Assembly (NCBI RefSeq): GCF_001194135.2
Contig: NC_069004.1
Span: 16,012,734 to 16,076,733 of the forward strand
DNA length: 64,000 nt
Reading direction: 5' to 3'
DNA from: Octopus bimaculoides
Lineage: Eukaryota
Both the position numbers and the translations under genes were made by a program. The notes under the pieces were generated by a model. That model ran no database searches. It saw only the letters and a list, made by a program, of their open reading frames with translations, and was not told where the DNA came from. Below, in pieces: positions 1-10,459 of this stretch. Position 1 is the first letter of the stretch, and each line of letters opens with the position of its first letter.

Positions 1-1
1 A

Positions 2-889
2 GCATATATGTCCTTTAAGAGAAACAAGACTAATCCCAACTTTGTAGAAATTTAAACTTTTTGCTGCAATAAGCACATACATCTCCCCTGAAGGTATGTT
101 TAGAGCAGAATCAAAAGTTTCCCCTCCATGAATGAATATAACTCCATGACCTCCAACACCAGCATGATGCTTCCTACCTGATGGATATTTTGACATTGGC
201 ACAAGTTTCTCACAAAAATCTTTTAATTTCTTGGCAATTGAACTTGTTAGTTGTGGATAAGACTTTACACCAGCCACCGTCTCAATGAAATTGTCTTTGC
301 GGCCACCAATCAAATATGTCCAACGACCATCACCATTGCACGTGTGGCCTGAACGTGAAGCAACCCCATATGTTAGCAAAGAATAGGAAAAGTACCCTTT
401 CACAGGGTCACCAGCTAAGATATAAGCACTGTTGTGTTTACGTTGTGAATGAAGATGACCCTCTCGACCAACAACTAAAATGTTGTTATTTTCACATAAG
501 ATACTTGAGTGAGAACTCAAACCAGCCTCTTTCGGGTAACCAGAATGTTTCATTTCAGTCCATTGCATTGTTTCAGTATCAAAGCAATAAAGATCTGCTG
601 ATCGTAACTTGCCATTCCATCCTCCTATAAGGAGCATGTAGCGTTCATGTAAGACAATGGAGGTGTGGTGGCTTAAAGATGGACTACCAGGTGATTGTAT
701 TTCATTCCAAATATTTCTTCTTAAATCTAAATAATAGAAGCCATTAACCGGCATGTTAACATTTTCAACAGCCAAACCACCATGAACATAGAGCCTATCT
801 CCAACAATACAGGCTGTATGAAAGACAACTGCAGGTCCATGTGCAGATATTAGGGTCCAGTCAATAGTAGAAGAAGAAGCTTTAGCCAT
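2..889 (-). CDS. KLHDC9: Kelch domain-containing protein, KLHDC9-like; 296 codons, open off the left window edge
   Basis: Manual translation from ATG at 889 (minus): MAKASSSTIDWTLISAHGPAVVFHTACIVGDRLYVHGG...LLIGGWNGKLRSADLYCFDTETMQW...AGLSSHSS...VVGREGHLHSQRKHNS...ASRSGHTC...LIGG...RKHHAGVGGHGVIFIHGGETF. There is no stop over 888 nt and the GG kelch motifs repeat. GGWNG, AGLSSH, GREG..H.QR and ASRSGH match vertebrate KLHDC9 as I recall it. An acceptor (ttattttcag|) lies just upstream, with the exon starting at 910. The ORF track missed it because it has no stop in the window. Confidence 0.85.
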   Translation of the reverse strand, partial: MAKASSSTIDWTLISAHGPAVVFHTACIVGDRLYVHGGLAVENVNMPVNGFYYLDLRRNIWNEIQSPGSPSLSHHTSIVLHERYMLLIGGWNGKLRSADLYCFDTETMQWTEMKHSGYPKEAGLSSHSSILCENNNILVVGREGHLHSQRKHNSAYILAGDPVKGYFSYSLLTYGVASRSGHTCNGDGRWTYLIGGRKDNFIETVAGVKSYPQLTSSIAKKLKDFCEKLVPMSKYPSGRKHHAGVGGHGVIFIHGGETFDSALNIPSGEMYVLIAAKSLNFYKVGISLVSLKGHIC

Positions 890-1599
890 TTTGATTAGAT
901 GTGTTTTGATCTGAAAATAATAAATTTGGTATATATTAAATAAACTGGAAAATTTCAGTTGATTACGGCACAACATTTATATTGTAAAAATACAGTAATT
1001 TAATAAACAATATTTGATGATTTTATAAGGCACACTTTTTTCCCTAAAAATGTGTCATTACTCTCAAGTTGTGGTTCAGATTCTACAGTACCCTGTAATA
1101 TAGATTGCAAACATCTCTCTTACAAAACTGTTTCTTGCAGTTATTAGTATTTTCTAAAGTAATAATATACGTCAATAGTATTTACTTAAGATGAAATAAC
1201 ACCAGTCAAGAAAAAAAGTGACAACATCTGAGCTTACACATAAACTAAACTTGATGCCCCTCATCAGTTCCACTATGCTTCATTAATTTGAAGCTAGTCA
1301 TCAATGAAGTTAGGCACTTCCATTAATCTTTTAACTTACAACACAAGATACATTTAGTTGAAACATACAAACAATCTATTGTTGGTTGAACAGTCACTCA
1401 AGTTTTAAATTTTCAGATAATCATTTTCCAAATAATGGAACTACAAAGTTGACATATTTCCGTAATTGTTATGTTACAATCAATGCAATTTACCAAAGAA
1501 AATGGTAACAGAGCTACTGGAAGTCAATTTGGTTTACCTCCAACTGAGAATATGAGTGTGTGATTGACAAAAGTAGAGGAACAACTTCAACAAAATGAA

Positions 1600-1990
1600 A
1601 TCAAAGGACAACCGTCATACAAAAATTTAAATGAATGAAACTGGAATAGATGAAGATTCAATTTATACATCAAGAAACTAAGGTTTAATAGTAACAACTA
1701 AATAATTTTTTTTAAGTGCAATTAAAAAGACAGATATAAGGATGCTTTTTTCTGGTAGTGAGGGCTGGTATTACAGATTTGTAAAAGAGGAATGGATTAA
1801 CAGTACAAACTAGAAAGAATGTAGTACAAGAATGCTTGTAAAATATGAGAACAAAATCCATGAGTTTTACAGACATGTTCTAAATCCCCAGAAAAGAATA
1901 TATTTTTGAAATTTGACAGATTGCAAATATGGATGACACTGACATCTGATGTACTCTCTTATAAAACAGTTGACTGTAAGGATTCTAAGA
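1600..1990 (+). mobile_element. Degenerate pogo-family (POGK-like) DDE transposase fragment
   Basis: Frameshifted peptides FSGSEGWYYRFVKRNGLTVQTRKNVVQ / KYENKIHEFYRHVLN / QIANMDDT resemble the pogo HTH-to-DDE junction (F.AS.GW..RF.KR.GLS.R.RT...Q, QIGNMDET). Confidence 0.6.
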
Positions 1991-3049
1991 CTGACCATTA
2001 AAATGCTTAGTTTCAAGAAAACTCATTATATGACAGAATTGACTTGTACTGATAGTACCAAATTACTACTTTTACTAATAAAGAGGGAAACATAACCAAA
2101 ACAAATCTTTTCTGCAGATATTTTATATTTTTGTTTACTTCAAGTGCTGGATGGATGGTTGAGAATGTTACAGGACTGTGGCGTAAAAAGTCTAAAGCAT
2201 TCTGATAAACTCCTCATAAAATCATAATTTCTTCTGTGACATCAACTGAGGGCACAATGCTATGGATGTCATTTTAATCAGTTACAATTTCTGACTTACT
2301 ACATTGTTATCACTCACTTAACTGTCTGTCATTCTTCTATGTTGTTGGGCCTACTGAAGAATATTCACTTCAATTCCTTATAACTAGCTACATGATTATT
2401 TGTATATGTGGTCATACAGCTAGCTATGTACCAATTTGTCCATTATACCACACCAGCAAGGTAGCTTTTTAACTGTCTACATATCTAGTGAGTTAGTTAG
2501 TTACCTGAGAGAAATAGTAAGAAACTAGTGATGGTGTCTATCAGCAAGTAGTGACTACAAACAGTTCACAAAGTAGAATTGTTAATTCCTTGCAAGAAAC
2601 TAATTTATTTTCTATTTTGCAAATTGTCTGTATTTGTTTATAAATCTATCCAACCAGCTAGCTACTTCGCAATCTGTTCTGCTACCCTTTCGAGATGGCC
2701 GTTAGTCATTTTAACATATCAAGTCAATTCTGATGCTATGTTTTCTAGGTATTTTTTGGTTGTCGCACCCCCATTAAAAATTTGGCATTAAAAAACTAGG
2801 TTATCTTCCCACTAAAAAATTAAGTTTATGTGACGACAAAAGATTGGATTAAATATGTTGTTAATGTTTGGCCTCCTCAATAGGAATGGTATAATTTGTT
2901 ATAAAAATGTTATCAGATTTAGTGAGATGTTTAATTATTTCAGTTTTCATGTTTATTAATCTTTTCAGTTTTGTGTGATTTGGTATTAAAATATTATCAG
3001 ATTCAATACGAGGTTTCATTGTTTCACTTTTTTTCTCTTTTTCTATTAA

Positions 3050-4340
3050 CGGTTAAACAATCTTTTGGTTGGAGCATATAACCAAAAGTACCGATATTTC
3101 TCATAAAACGTGGGGAGATAACCCAATATTTTAATGGGGTGAGATAACCAAAAAGTACAGTTTTTCTACGTTTTATGAAAGGTCACCTGCTGGTATCGAG
3201 AGGTTTTGCTAATTCCAAGGGAGATAAGTCTAAGTGACCCAATCGGAGGACAATAACAGTTTCTTAGCGAAATATGCAATAACGTTCGTGGAATTTTAAA
3301 TAAGTGGAAACTTGAGGTTTTCACACATTTACTTCAGCAGCGTGGGTTGAAACATTTCCAGTTTCAGAATCACGGATGTCACATCACAAAAGTGCAACGT
3401 TCTTCCTTCCAAAAAGAAAAAAAATGTCAAATAATTTCCTCTTGATTAGGTACATGCTTTCTAAAGAAGAGAAAGATGACATTATTTCATTTATACGTTA
3501 CTTTGCCTTTCCCAATGATGTTGACAGCTTTATAGTATCTGAAATGGGAAAAATTGAGTTCCGTAGAATAAGAGTCGAACTTACAGATAGCTGCATAAGT
3601 ACAGATTGGTGTCCACCGCCAAGTGTGTTTCTTCATAACTTTCCGAAAAATGCATTCTTTGGTGAAATTTTTACAAAAATACGTTTTTGATTGTTTCAGA
3701 TATATAAATCTGAAAAAGAAAAAAGGTAAAAATACTAAAATGACGGAAATTGTTGGTACCAAACGGAGGGAAAAGGATCTAAATTTCCTTCAAAAAATCT
3801 TTTTCATTTTATTAAGATAATCGTAATCTAGGTCCTTGAAAAGCCATCTTTGTATAAGTTTCGTTTAAAAACATGTATTTTTCAGAAACTTATGAGGAAA
3901 CAAAGTTAGCGTAGTCATTCATAAATATTCAGGCTTTCTCTCATTCAATAGTAATCAATATGTATATCTAAAATTGATTCCCTAAACAAAGAACGACAAT
4001 TGTTATCAATATTTATGAGAAAGAGATCTGTTTAGTTCGGATTTGTCACTCGATAATGATTGACGAGTCGAAAAAGAAACATAAATAACAGTACTGTTAC
4101 TAATCAAGCGAAGAAACAGAATTAAAGACAAATCGTTTATGTAAAGTTATCAAAATCAGTTGTTAAAATCAGTGCCGATCGGAAAATGAGTGAGTTTTAA
4201 AGAAAATAAATCACAAAGAATATATAAATTTTTTAATTTCGATTTCCCTCATAACTTTCAGGAAAAGGGATATTTTTGTTTTCATATTCGTTTTCAACAC
4301 ATTTTTTTTACACCTAGCAGGCTTTGTTTTTTTAATTTTT
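3050..4340. mobile_element. Unclassified non-autonomous interspersed element
   Basis: Repeated GGGAGATAACC/GAGATAAC motifs at 3110-3240. Its end (ttcgttttcaacacatttttttacaccta, about 4287-4315) resembles 17877-17905, so it is a dispersed family. The ORFs 3376-3690 and 3487-3762 show no recognisable domain. Confidence 0.4.
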
Positions 4341-4952
4341 TTTCGTGACCGGAACTTAAACTATATATTTACCCGATTTATGATATTCACTACATTCAAT
4401 GTTTTGTCTCGCTGTGAAATTAAACCCCATAAGGGTATTTTCGATAGCTTACACAAACATTGTACCATGTTATTTAATAATTCATCAGAATTCATTCCCT
4501 AACCTCGAAGGTATTAGTATAACGTGGGATACTTATTCAAATGTAAACAAGAAAAGTGGCTTGACAAACCAGTTTAATCTTTCCGTTCAGACTCCGCTAG
4601 TTTCGACTCTGCTTTCACAAAACAGACCCCACCACCAACTATGATCCATAAAATAAGTATCAATGATATAATATACGGTTCCAACGATTATATCCTACTC
4701 CTCAAATACGTCAGCATAATTTGTATCACTGAGTAATTACTTCTACCGTATTCCAAACAGACCTTCGTTTTATTGTAATTAATCATCGAAAGTGGTTCTT
4801 TCTTTTTTTCAGATTTTTCTTTAAGTTTTGCTTCAATTTTTTTTATTTGTCATTTATAAGGATATAAAAAGGTAGTCTGCAAGCGAAAAGTGTCAACCAA
4901 ACCATCCACTGAAAATAAATAAGTTTATAAATACCGCACAACAGACATCTTG

Positions 4953-4984
4953 GTTGCTAGGGAATACATTACGTCACTTCCTGT
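4953..4984. promoter_or_regulatory. Candidate bidirectional promoter core: RFX X-box + CRE-like + ETS motifs
   Basis: GTTGCTAGGGAATAC (4953-4967, X-box/RFX-like), TTACGTCA (4969-4976, CRE/bZIP-like) and ACTTCCTGT (4976-4984, ETS core) are contiguous, about 240 bp upstream of the TUBE1 ATG, in a CpG-richer segment between two divergent genes. Confidence 0.55.
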
Positions 4985-5224
4985 TACTATTAGTCGCCTT
5001 TCTGTCCGCCAAACTTGAATGTTTTTTTCTAAATTTAACACTTCTGAAATAATTATTGAAGTATCACCGAACACTTACTGAAGTACGGAACAGTATTTGA
5101 GTATTACAGAAATATTACCTGAATATAGTATTATTGAGCTTTACTGATATTACAGAAGTGTCACAGTTTTCTTCTTGTGCAATCTCTATGTTTTAGTAGT
5201 TTGTTAAAAAGAAAAAAAAACTCT

Positions 5225-5249
5225 ATGACACAATCCGTTATTATACAAG
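5225..5249 (+). CDS. TUBE1: Epsilon-tubulin coding exon 1 (MTQSVIIQ+G)
   Basis: ATG ACA CAA TCC GTT ATT ATA CAA G|GTGAGT matches the epsilon-tubulin N-terminus (MTQSVVVQV), with a phase-1 donor. Confidence 0.93.
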
Positions 5250-6004
5250 GTGAGTTTACAGTCTTACTAATTTATTAATTCGACGGATAGCGACTGACAA
5301 AAATGCATTACACTTCTGAGTTCAAATCTTACCCTAGTTGACTCTGTTTTTTGTCTTAAAAACTTCCAGAGTTGATAATATTAAGGTACCAGTCTAGTAG
5401 AGATTGATACGGTCGATTATATTCCCTCCCACTCCTAGATATGTGACCTAATACCCTGTTTGTAATTGACGAGGAGGCCTCATAGAGAAATTTTGGAAGG
5501 CATAACACGACATCGGTATTTCTATATAATACAGTGGAAATTATCTTGTACACAAAAACCGTAATTTCCTCAGATCTGTTTGTTTCAGGCACCGTAGAGC
5601 GTGATTCAGAGGAGGTGGGGGTTGGGTCGGATGTTGGGGGGGCGGTGTCGCCTTTCACCTTTTCCATAATGTTTCAGTCTGACTTTTGAAATTATTTATC
5701 TATTAATATTTTTTTTCTTAATTTACTTTAAGAAGTTAGGCATGTTACGAGAATCATCGTGGGTTCAAAAGAAACTGGCATGGTTTCGTTCGGTATACGC
5801 ATCACCATTTTAAAATCAGCTGATTTGTCGAGACCTTCGGCAATTTACGAGGAAAAAAATCTTTTTTTTTTTTTTTTTTNNNNNNNNNNTTTTTTTTTTT
5901 TTTTTCATGTACTCATGTCGACATTGTTTTTAATCTGTTCGAATGCTGAACAAATACACACACACACACTCTCTTTCCCTTCTCCCTCACACATACACAT
6001 AACG

Positions 6005-6449
6005 CATAAATACACACATCCTTTTTGTGTTTTTATGATTCGCTTATGTTTATGTATTGTTTTCTTTATTTTATTGTTTTTATTTATATTTTATCAGTTT
6101 TCAAAGTTTCCCATACACATTCTCCATACTCCCCTCTCTACCAGTTAGTAGGTGGGGTTCGTTCCTCACTTACATCACCAATTATTTTTTCCTCAATCAT
6201 TTTTGTTTTTACCGTTCGATCACTGTATAAATTGGTGCCATGAGTGAGGAACGAACCCCAGCTACTGACCGGTAGAGAAGGGAGGTCAGGAGAGAGTGTG
6301 TGCGAAACTTTTAAGAAATAGAAGGGAAAAAAACTATCTAAAAAACAGATGAAAAAATCAAATACACGAATCGTAAAAAAAATGCTTAAACATAAGTTAA
6401 TCATAAAAACATACAAAAATGGATATATACCTGTATTTATGTGCGTATG
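6005..6449. repeat. Foldback (long inverted repeat) element
   Basis: GGGGTTCGTTCCTCACT (6154-6170) and its exact reverse complement (6243-6259) flank a 72-nt spacer. The arms stay alignable outward (ctctaccagttagtag / ctactgaccggtagag; tttttatgatt / aatcataaaaa; cataaatac / gtatttatg). Confidence 0.75.
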
Positions 6450-6456
6450 AGAGAGT

Positions 6457-7128
6457 GCAGTGTTGCGTCTCTGAACACTACCCAGCCCTCTTTCGCACCC
6501 GTTGTACCAGGGTCGAATTGACTCAACTTGCTGTCCAGGTCCTTGCTGGGGTTCTGTTTCACATTGTGCCATTCCAATTTGTTGATGTTTAGTTGTTTGG
6601 CCAGCTTTCTTTGTGGTTGCTGCCTTGGCTGAATGTGCATGTTGAGTTTTGCAAGGATGAGTTTGTGATCTGACCAACACAGCCTAACATCCTGCCTGTC
6701 CCATCTCCTGACTATGATGTAGAGAATTAAATGCCAATGTTTGCTGTGTAGATATATCCAGGATGTCCTCTTGTGGTTGGTTAGACGAAACATTGTGTCG
6801 GTGATCAGCAGGTCATTTGCTGCACAAGTCTTCAGCAGTAGATAACTGTTGCTCTTGCCAACTCCATTTCTCCCAGTGGTTCCCTCTTATGTCTGATAGT
6901 CTGTACCAACTCTTGTGTTGAAGTCACCAAGAACAATGAGGTTGTCTTCCTTAAGTGCAGCTACTATGAGGGTTTCTAAGTCTTCATGAAATTTGTCTTT
7001 GACATCCTCAGTGTCAGTCATGGTGGGGGAGTAAGAACTGGTGATGGTAGCATGGCACTTTCCTCTGAGGGGAAGCCACACAGACATCAGTTGGTCCTTT
7101 CAGTCATGGTTAGCTTGCTGATCAGATT
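6457..7128 (-). mobile_element. RTE (BovB-like) LINE, APE endonuclease region, inverted segment
   Basis: VWLPLRGKCHATITSSYSPTMTDTEDVKDKFHEDL...LIVLGDFNTRVG; SKHWHLILYIIVRRWDRQDVR...CWSDHKLI. Confidence 0.85.
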
Positions 7129-7915
7129 AGGCTTTCACTCATCTGGGCCAGAGCACATGTAAACACCAAAACTGGTTCAATAATAATGATGAGGAAATTC
7201 AGAAGCTGCTCAATGAGAAGCATGAAGCATACAGAATCTCTCAGCAAGAGAGCACATCAGCCTCCAAGAAAGCAGCCTACAATGCCACCAAAAGCAAAGT
7301 GCAGGTAAAGCTCAGGGAGATGATGGATTCCTGGCTCAGCAATAAGGCAGATGAGATACAGCAACAATTCCAAGCACTTCTACAATGACCTGAAAGCCAT
7401 CAACAGGAACATCACCACTGCTCAGTGCTGATGGGACCACTCTCTTCACTGACAAAAACATAATCCAGGAAAGATGGGCAGAGTACTTCAACAATGTCCT
7501 GAACAGGCTTTCTTATTAACACTGAAGCCATTGCTTGCATACCCCAAGTTGACATCAACATTTCTCTGGCAGAGCCTCTAATGAAAGCAGAGATCCTGAA
7601 AACAATTAAGCTTCTCTCAAATGGCAAGGCACCAAACTCTGACGCGATCCCAGAAAAATATACAAAGTAGTGGGACCAGTCTTGGCACAGAAGCTCGCCA
7701 ATCTCTTTCAGACCATGTGGCAACAGAAAGTTGTTCTTTGGGAGCACAAGGATGCTTCTGATGTCCATCTCTACAAGAAAAAGGGACACAGGCAGTCATG
7801 TGACAGGCACTGAGGAATTTCTCTCCTTGTTATCACTGGCAAGATACTTGCAAGAGTCCACCTTAAGCACCTTGCTCAACACATGGAAAGGAGGCATCTG
7901 CCAGAGAGTCAGTGA
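7129..7915 (+). mobile_element. RTE (BovB-like) LINE, linker to RT start
   Basis: AFTHLGPEH.KHQNWFNNNDEEIQKLLNEKH...LREMMDSWLSNKADEIQ...LSNGKAPNSDAIP...HLYKKKG.RQSCD; frameshifted and 3'-truncated. Confidence 0.85.
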
Positions 7916-7982
7916 CCTGAATAATAATAACAGCATTGAAAAATACCTTAGGAATGAGAACCCAGGTTCAAAATTTCCCCAA

Positions 7983-8028
7983 GACACCTGATGAAGGCTG
8001 GAGGGTATATTAGCCGAAATGTTGTGTT
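7983..8028 (+). ncRNA. Minimal type I hammerhead ribozyme motif (Penelope-like repeat), probably decayed
   Basis: gacac-CTGATGA-a-GGCT(12 nt)AGCC-GAAA-tGTT-gtgtt. Stem I gacac/gtgtt and stem II GGCT/AGCC pair. The stem III palindrome ACGT appears to have decayed to ATGT. Confidence 0.55.
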
Positions 8029-8106
8029 AACAACAAACAAAATGAGGACAAATATCCATCAAATGTAAATAATGATCACATACCTGAATCGAACAAGGGA
8101 TAAATG

Positions 8107-8278
8107 AAATTACCAGTCTTTGACTATATATTTTTATAGTGCAAGAACTATTTGCTGGTACACCACGGCAATGCACACATGAAATTTGTCACTGAATTTA
8201 TTCTTATGTGTGCATCTCTATGGCATACCAGTAAATAGTTCTTTCACTATTTATATATAATCATAGACTGGCAATTTG
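8107..8278. repeat. Palindromic MITE-like hairpin (about 170 bp)
   Basis: ccagtctttgactatatat...agtgcaagaactatttgctggta...atgcacacat versus its reverse complement atgtgtgcat...taccagtaaatagttctttcact...atatataatcatagactgg. Confidence 0.75.
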
Positions 8279-9070
8279 ATTATTTGTCCCTAGTTTAATT
8301 CACGTAGATGATGTTGATAAGCCAAAAAAAATGGCAAAATATTAGTATCCTTCACTCTTGAATTCAATGTGAGGCGAGTTGTCTTGCCTGTCTGTGATTA
8401 TGATTTTCAGGTGTTTAACACCCGACCTTATAAGGGAATTATTCCTCAAGTGTTATACCCCAGCAAATTGGCAAACAAGCAAAACATACTATTTTTAATT
8501 CGTTATTGAATATATATGTATGTATCTATATCTGTGTATTTATATATACATATCAGAAGCAACTCCACATCATCATCATCACTCAAGCTCATCACAGATT
8601 TCACATAAGACACATGCCTGCTTGAAGAATTTCATGTTTTTCCACTTTATTTCTAGCCCCAAATGACTTTTTTTTTTTATATCTTGCACTATGTCTTTCT
8701 CCATTTTTAAGTTAAGGATAAAAATAAAGCAGCCCTGCAAAACACAACTGATCTTTACACACAGACATACAGAGTAACAGCAATCAAATAACAACAGTGG
8801 AGTGCACAACGAATAGCGATCTGTATTCTTGACAAGAGATACCAGTTAGTCTTTTACACCTACCAGGCTCATTCATATTAGCCCGAGTTGCTGGATAATT
8901 TTTCGTTCCTTTAAGAATATTGTAGAATGGAAACTTTTCATAGATTGGAATTTAAATCTTAATCTCTTTAGAAATTTATTATTTCAAGAAAACATTAAAT
9001 TTGAATTACTTTTAATTTTTACGATTATAGATAAGAACTCGGGCTGTAACTTCTGAGCCCAAGTTAGGCG

Positions 9071-9352
9071 CGTTTGAACAATGTTGAGAGAAAGTCTGCT
9101 ACGAATGATATTTTTTGACACTGCGAAAAGGGATTACCCTGCTATGTATAATCAGGACAGCGCAAAAAGTTGTTTGGCACAAGCATTTGTATAGCCAATT
9201 AGATGGATGAAATTTACGTACGCTTAATAATGTTACACAAAACAGCCTTCAAACTTTCCCTATTAATTTCATCATCTTTTGAATTATGAACATATTTACA
9301 TCATAAGGGTTTTTTCATTCGTAGCAGACTTTCTCTCAACATTGTTCAAACG
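9071..9352. repeat. Perfect 38-bp inverted repeat pair within a non-autonomous element
   Basis: CGTTTGAACAATGTTGAGAGAAAGTCTGCTACGAATGA (9071-9108) and its exact reverse complement (9315-9352). Confidence 0.85.
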
Positions 9353-9651
9353 TGATGAAGCAATTGCTGGTGATCAGTTGCTACACAGTTTTGCCAGAAT
9401 TCTATCAGATTGGGCAGAAGATGTTGGTGCACCATTTTTCATTATGTTCAAAGTAGCTACTGGAATGTGGTGAATTGCTGCAGTCTGTTGCTGTCATTTT
9501 AAACCGGTTGCTTTCTTTCCCCAGCAAACTCTCTTCTTTGGAGGCATAATCTATGTATATATTAAACAGAACAACAAAAGTTATAATATATGGGAGGGTT
9601 GGTAGTTTTCACATTTCTGTAATTTTTCAGATTAACACCTGCACGATTACC

Positions 9652-9820
9652 CAACCCTAAAACCCTAACCCAACCCTAACCCCTAATCCTAACCCTAAAA
9701 CCCTGACCCTAAAACCGTAACCGTAACACTAACCCTAATTGTAACCGTAACCCTAAACCCTAACTCTAACCGTAACCCTAAAACCCTAACCCTGACCCTA
9801 AAACCCCTACCCTAACACCC
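9652..9820. repeat. Degenerate telomere-like (CCCTAA)n tract
   Basis: About 170 bp of aaccct/aaccgt/aaaaccct variants. Confidence 0.85.
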
Positions 9821-10459
9821 TCGTGAAAATTATGGTATATTTACCAAACATTGATGAACATGAGTTATATTGTAGTCAATCATTGTGTGTAAGTGCGCGT
9901 GTATGCGTTTGAGAGAGGGAGAGAGAGGAGGAGAAAGGAATAGAGAACGGAAGCAATGAAGAGAGAGGAAGGGAGAACGGAAGACAGTTATAAAATAGCA
10001 ATGCGTGCGCGTGTTTATATAAGAAACACACACAAAGTAAATCTTATATCTATAATGTGTATGTATATTTATGCGTATGTTGTTGTCACAGATCAGGTAT
10101 GCGTGATTGTGTGTGTTTTTACGTATCTATGTTATGAAAAATAGGTAAAAAATACTAAGAGGAAAGTTTAATCTATGACTTTGTATGTATCACTCTCTCT
10201 CTCTCTCTCCCTCCCTCTCTTACTCTCTATATTATATGTTGAGCGCGTGATCGATTTGTAAGAACGCTGGTACAGGTAGAAGGGAAGAAATATAAAAGTT
10301 GCTAGAAACCACAGCCAAATCTCCCTTAAATCACACAAAGTAAACGGAATTTAAAAAATCTAATTTACTGCACTGGAAAGTTCACATCGAGAAAATTCCA
10401 TTGATGTAAGAATTTTTAAGAAAAAGTGGAAAATGTGGATTTCTATAAACTTTTAAAAA

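Noticed and set aside
3376-3762. Overlapping 104-aa and 91-aa ORFs
   Set aside because: They lie inside a dispersed non-autonomous element and show no recognisable domain.
4594-4700. Short hydrophobic minus-strand frame (LEPYIISLILILWIIVGGGVCFVKAES...)
   Set aside because: It has no ATG, an in-frame stop lies just upstream, and it is more plausibly 5' UTR or promoter sequence.
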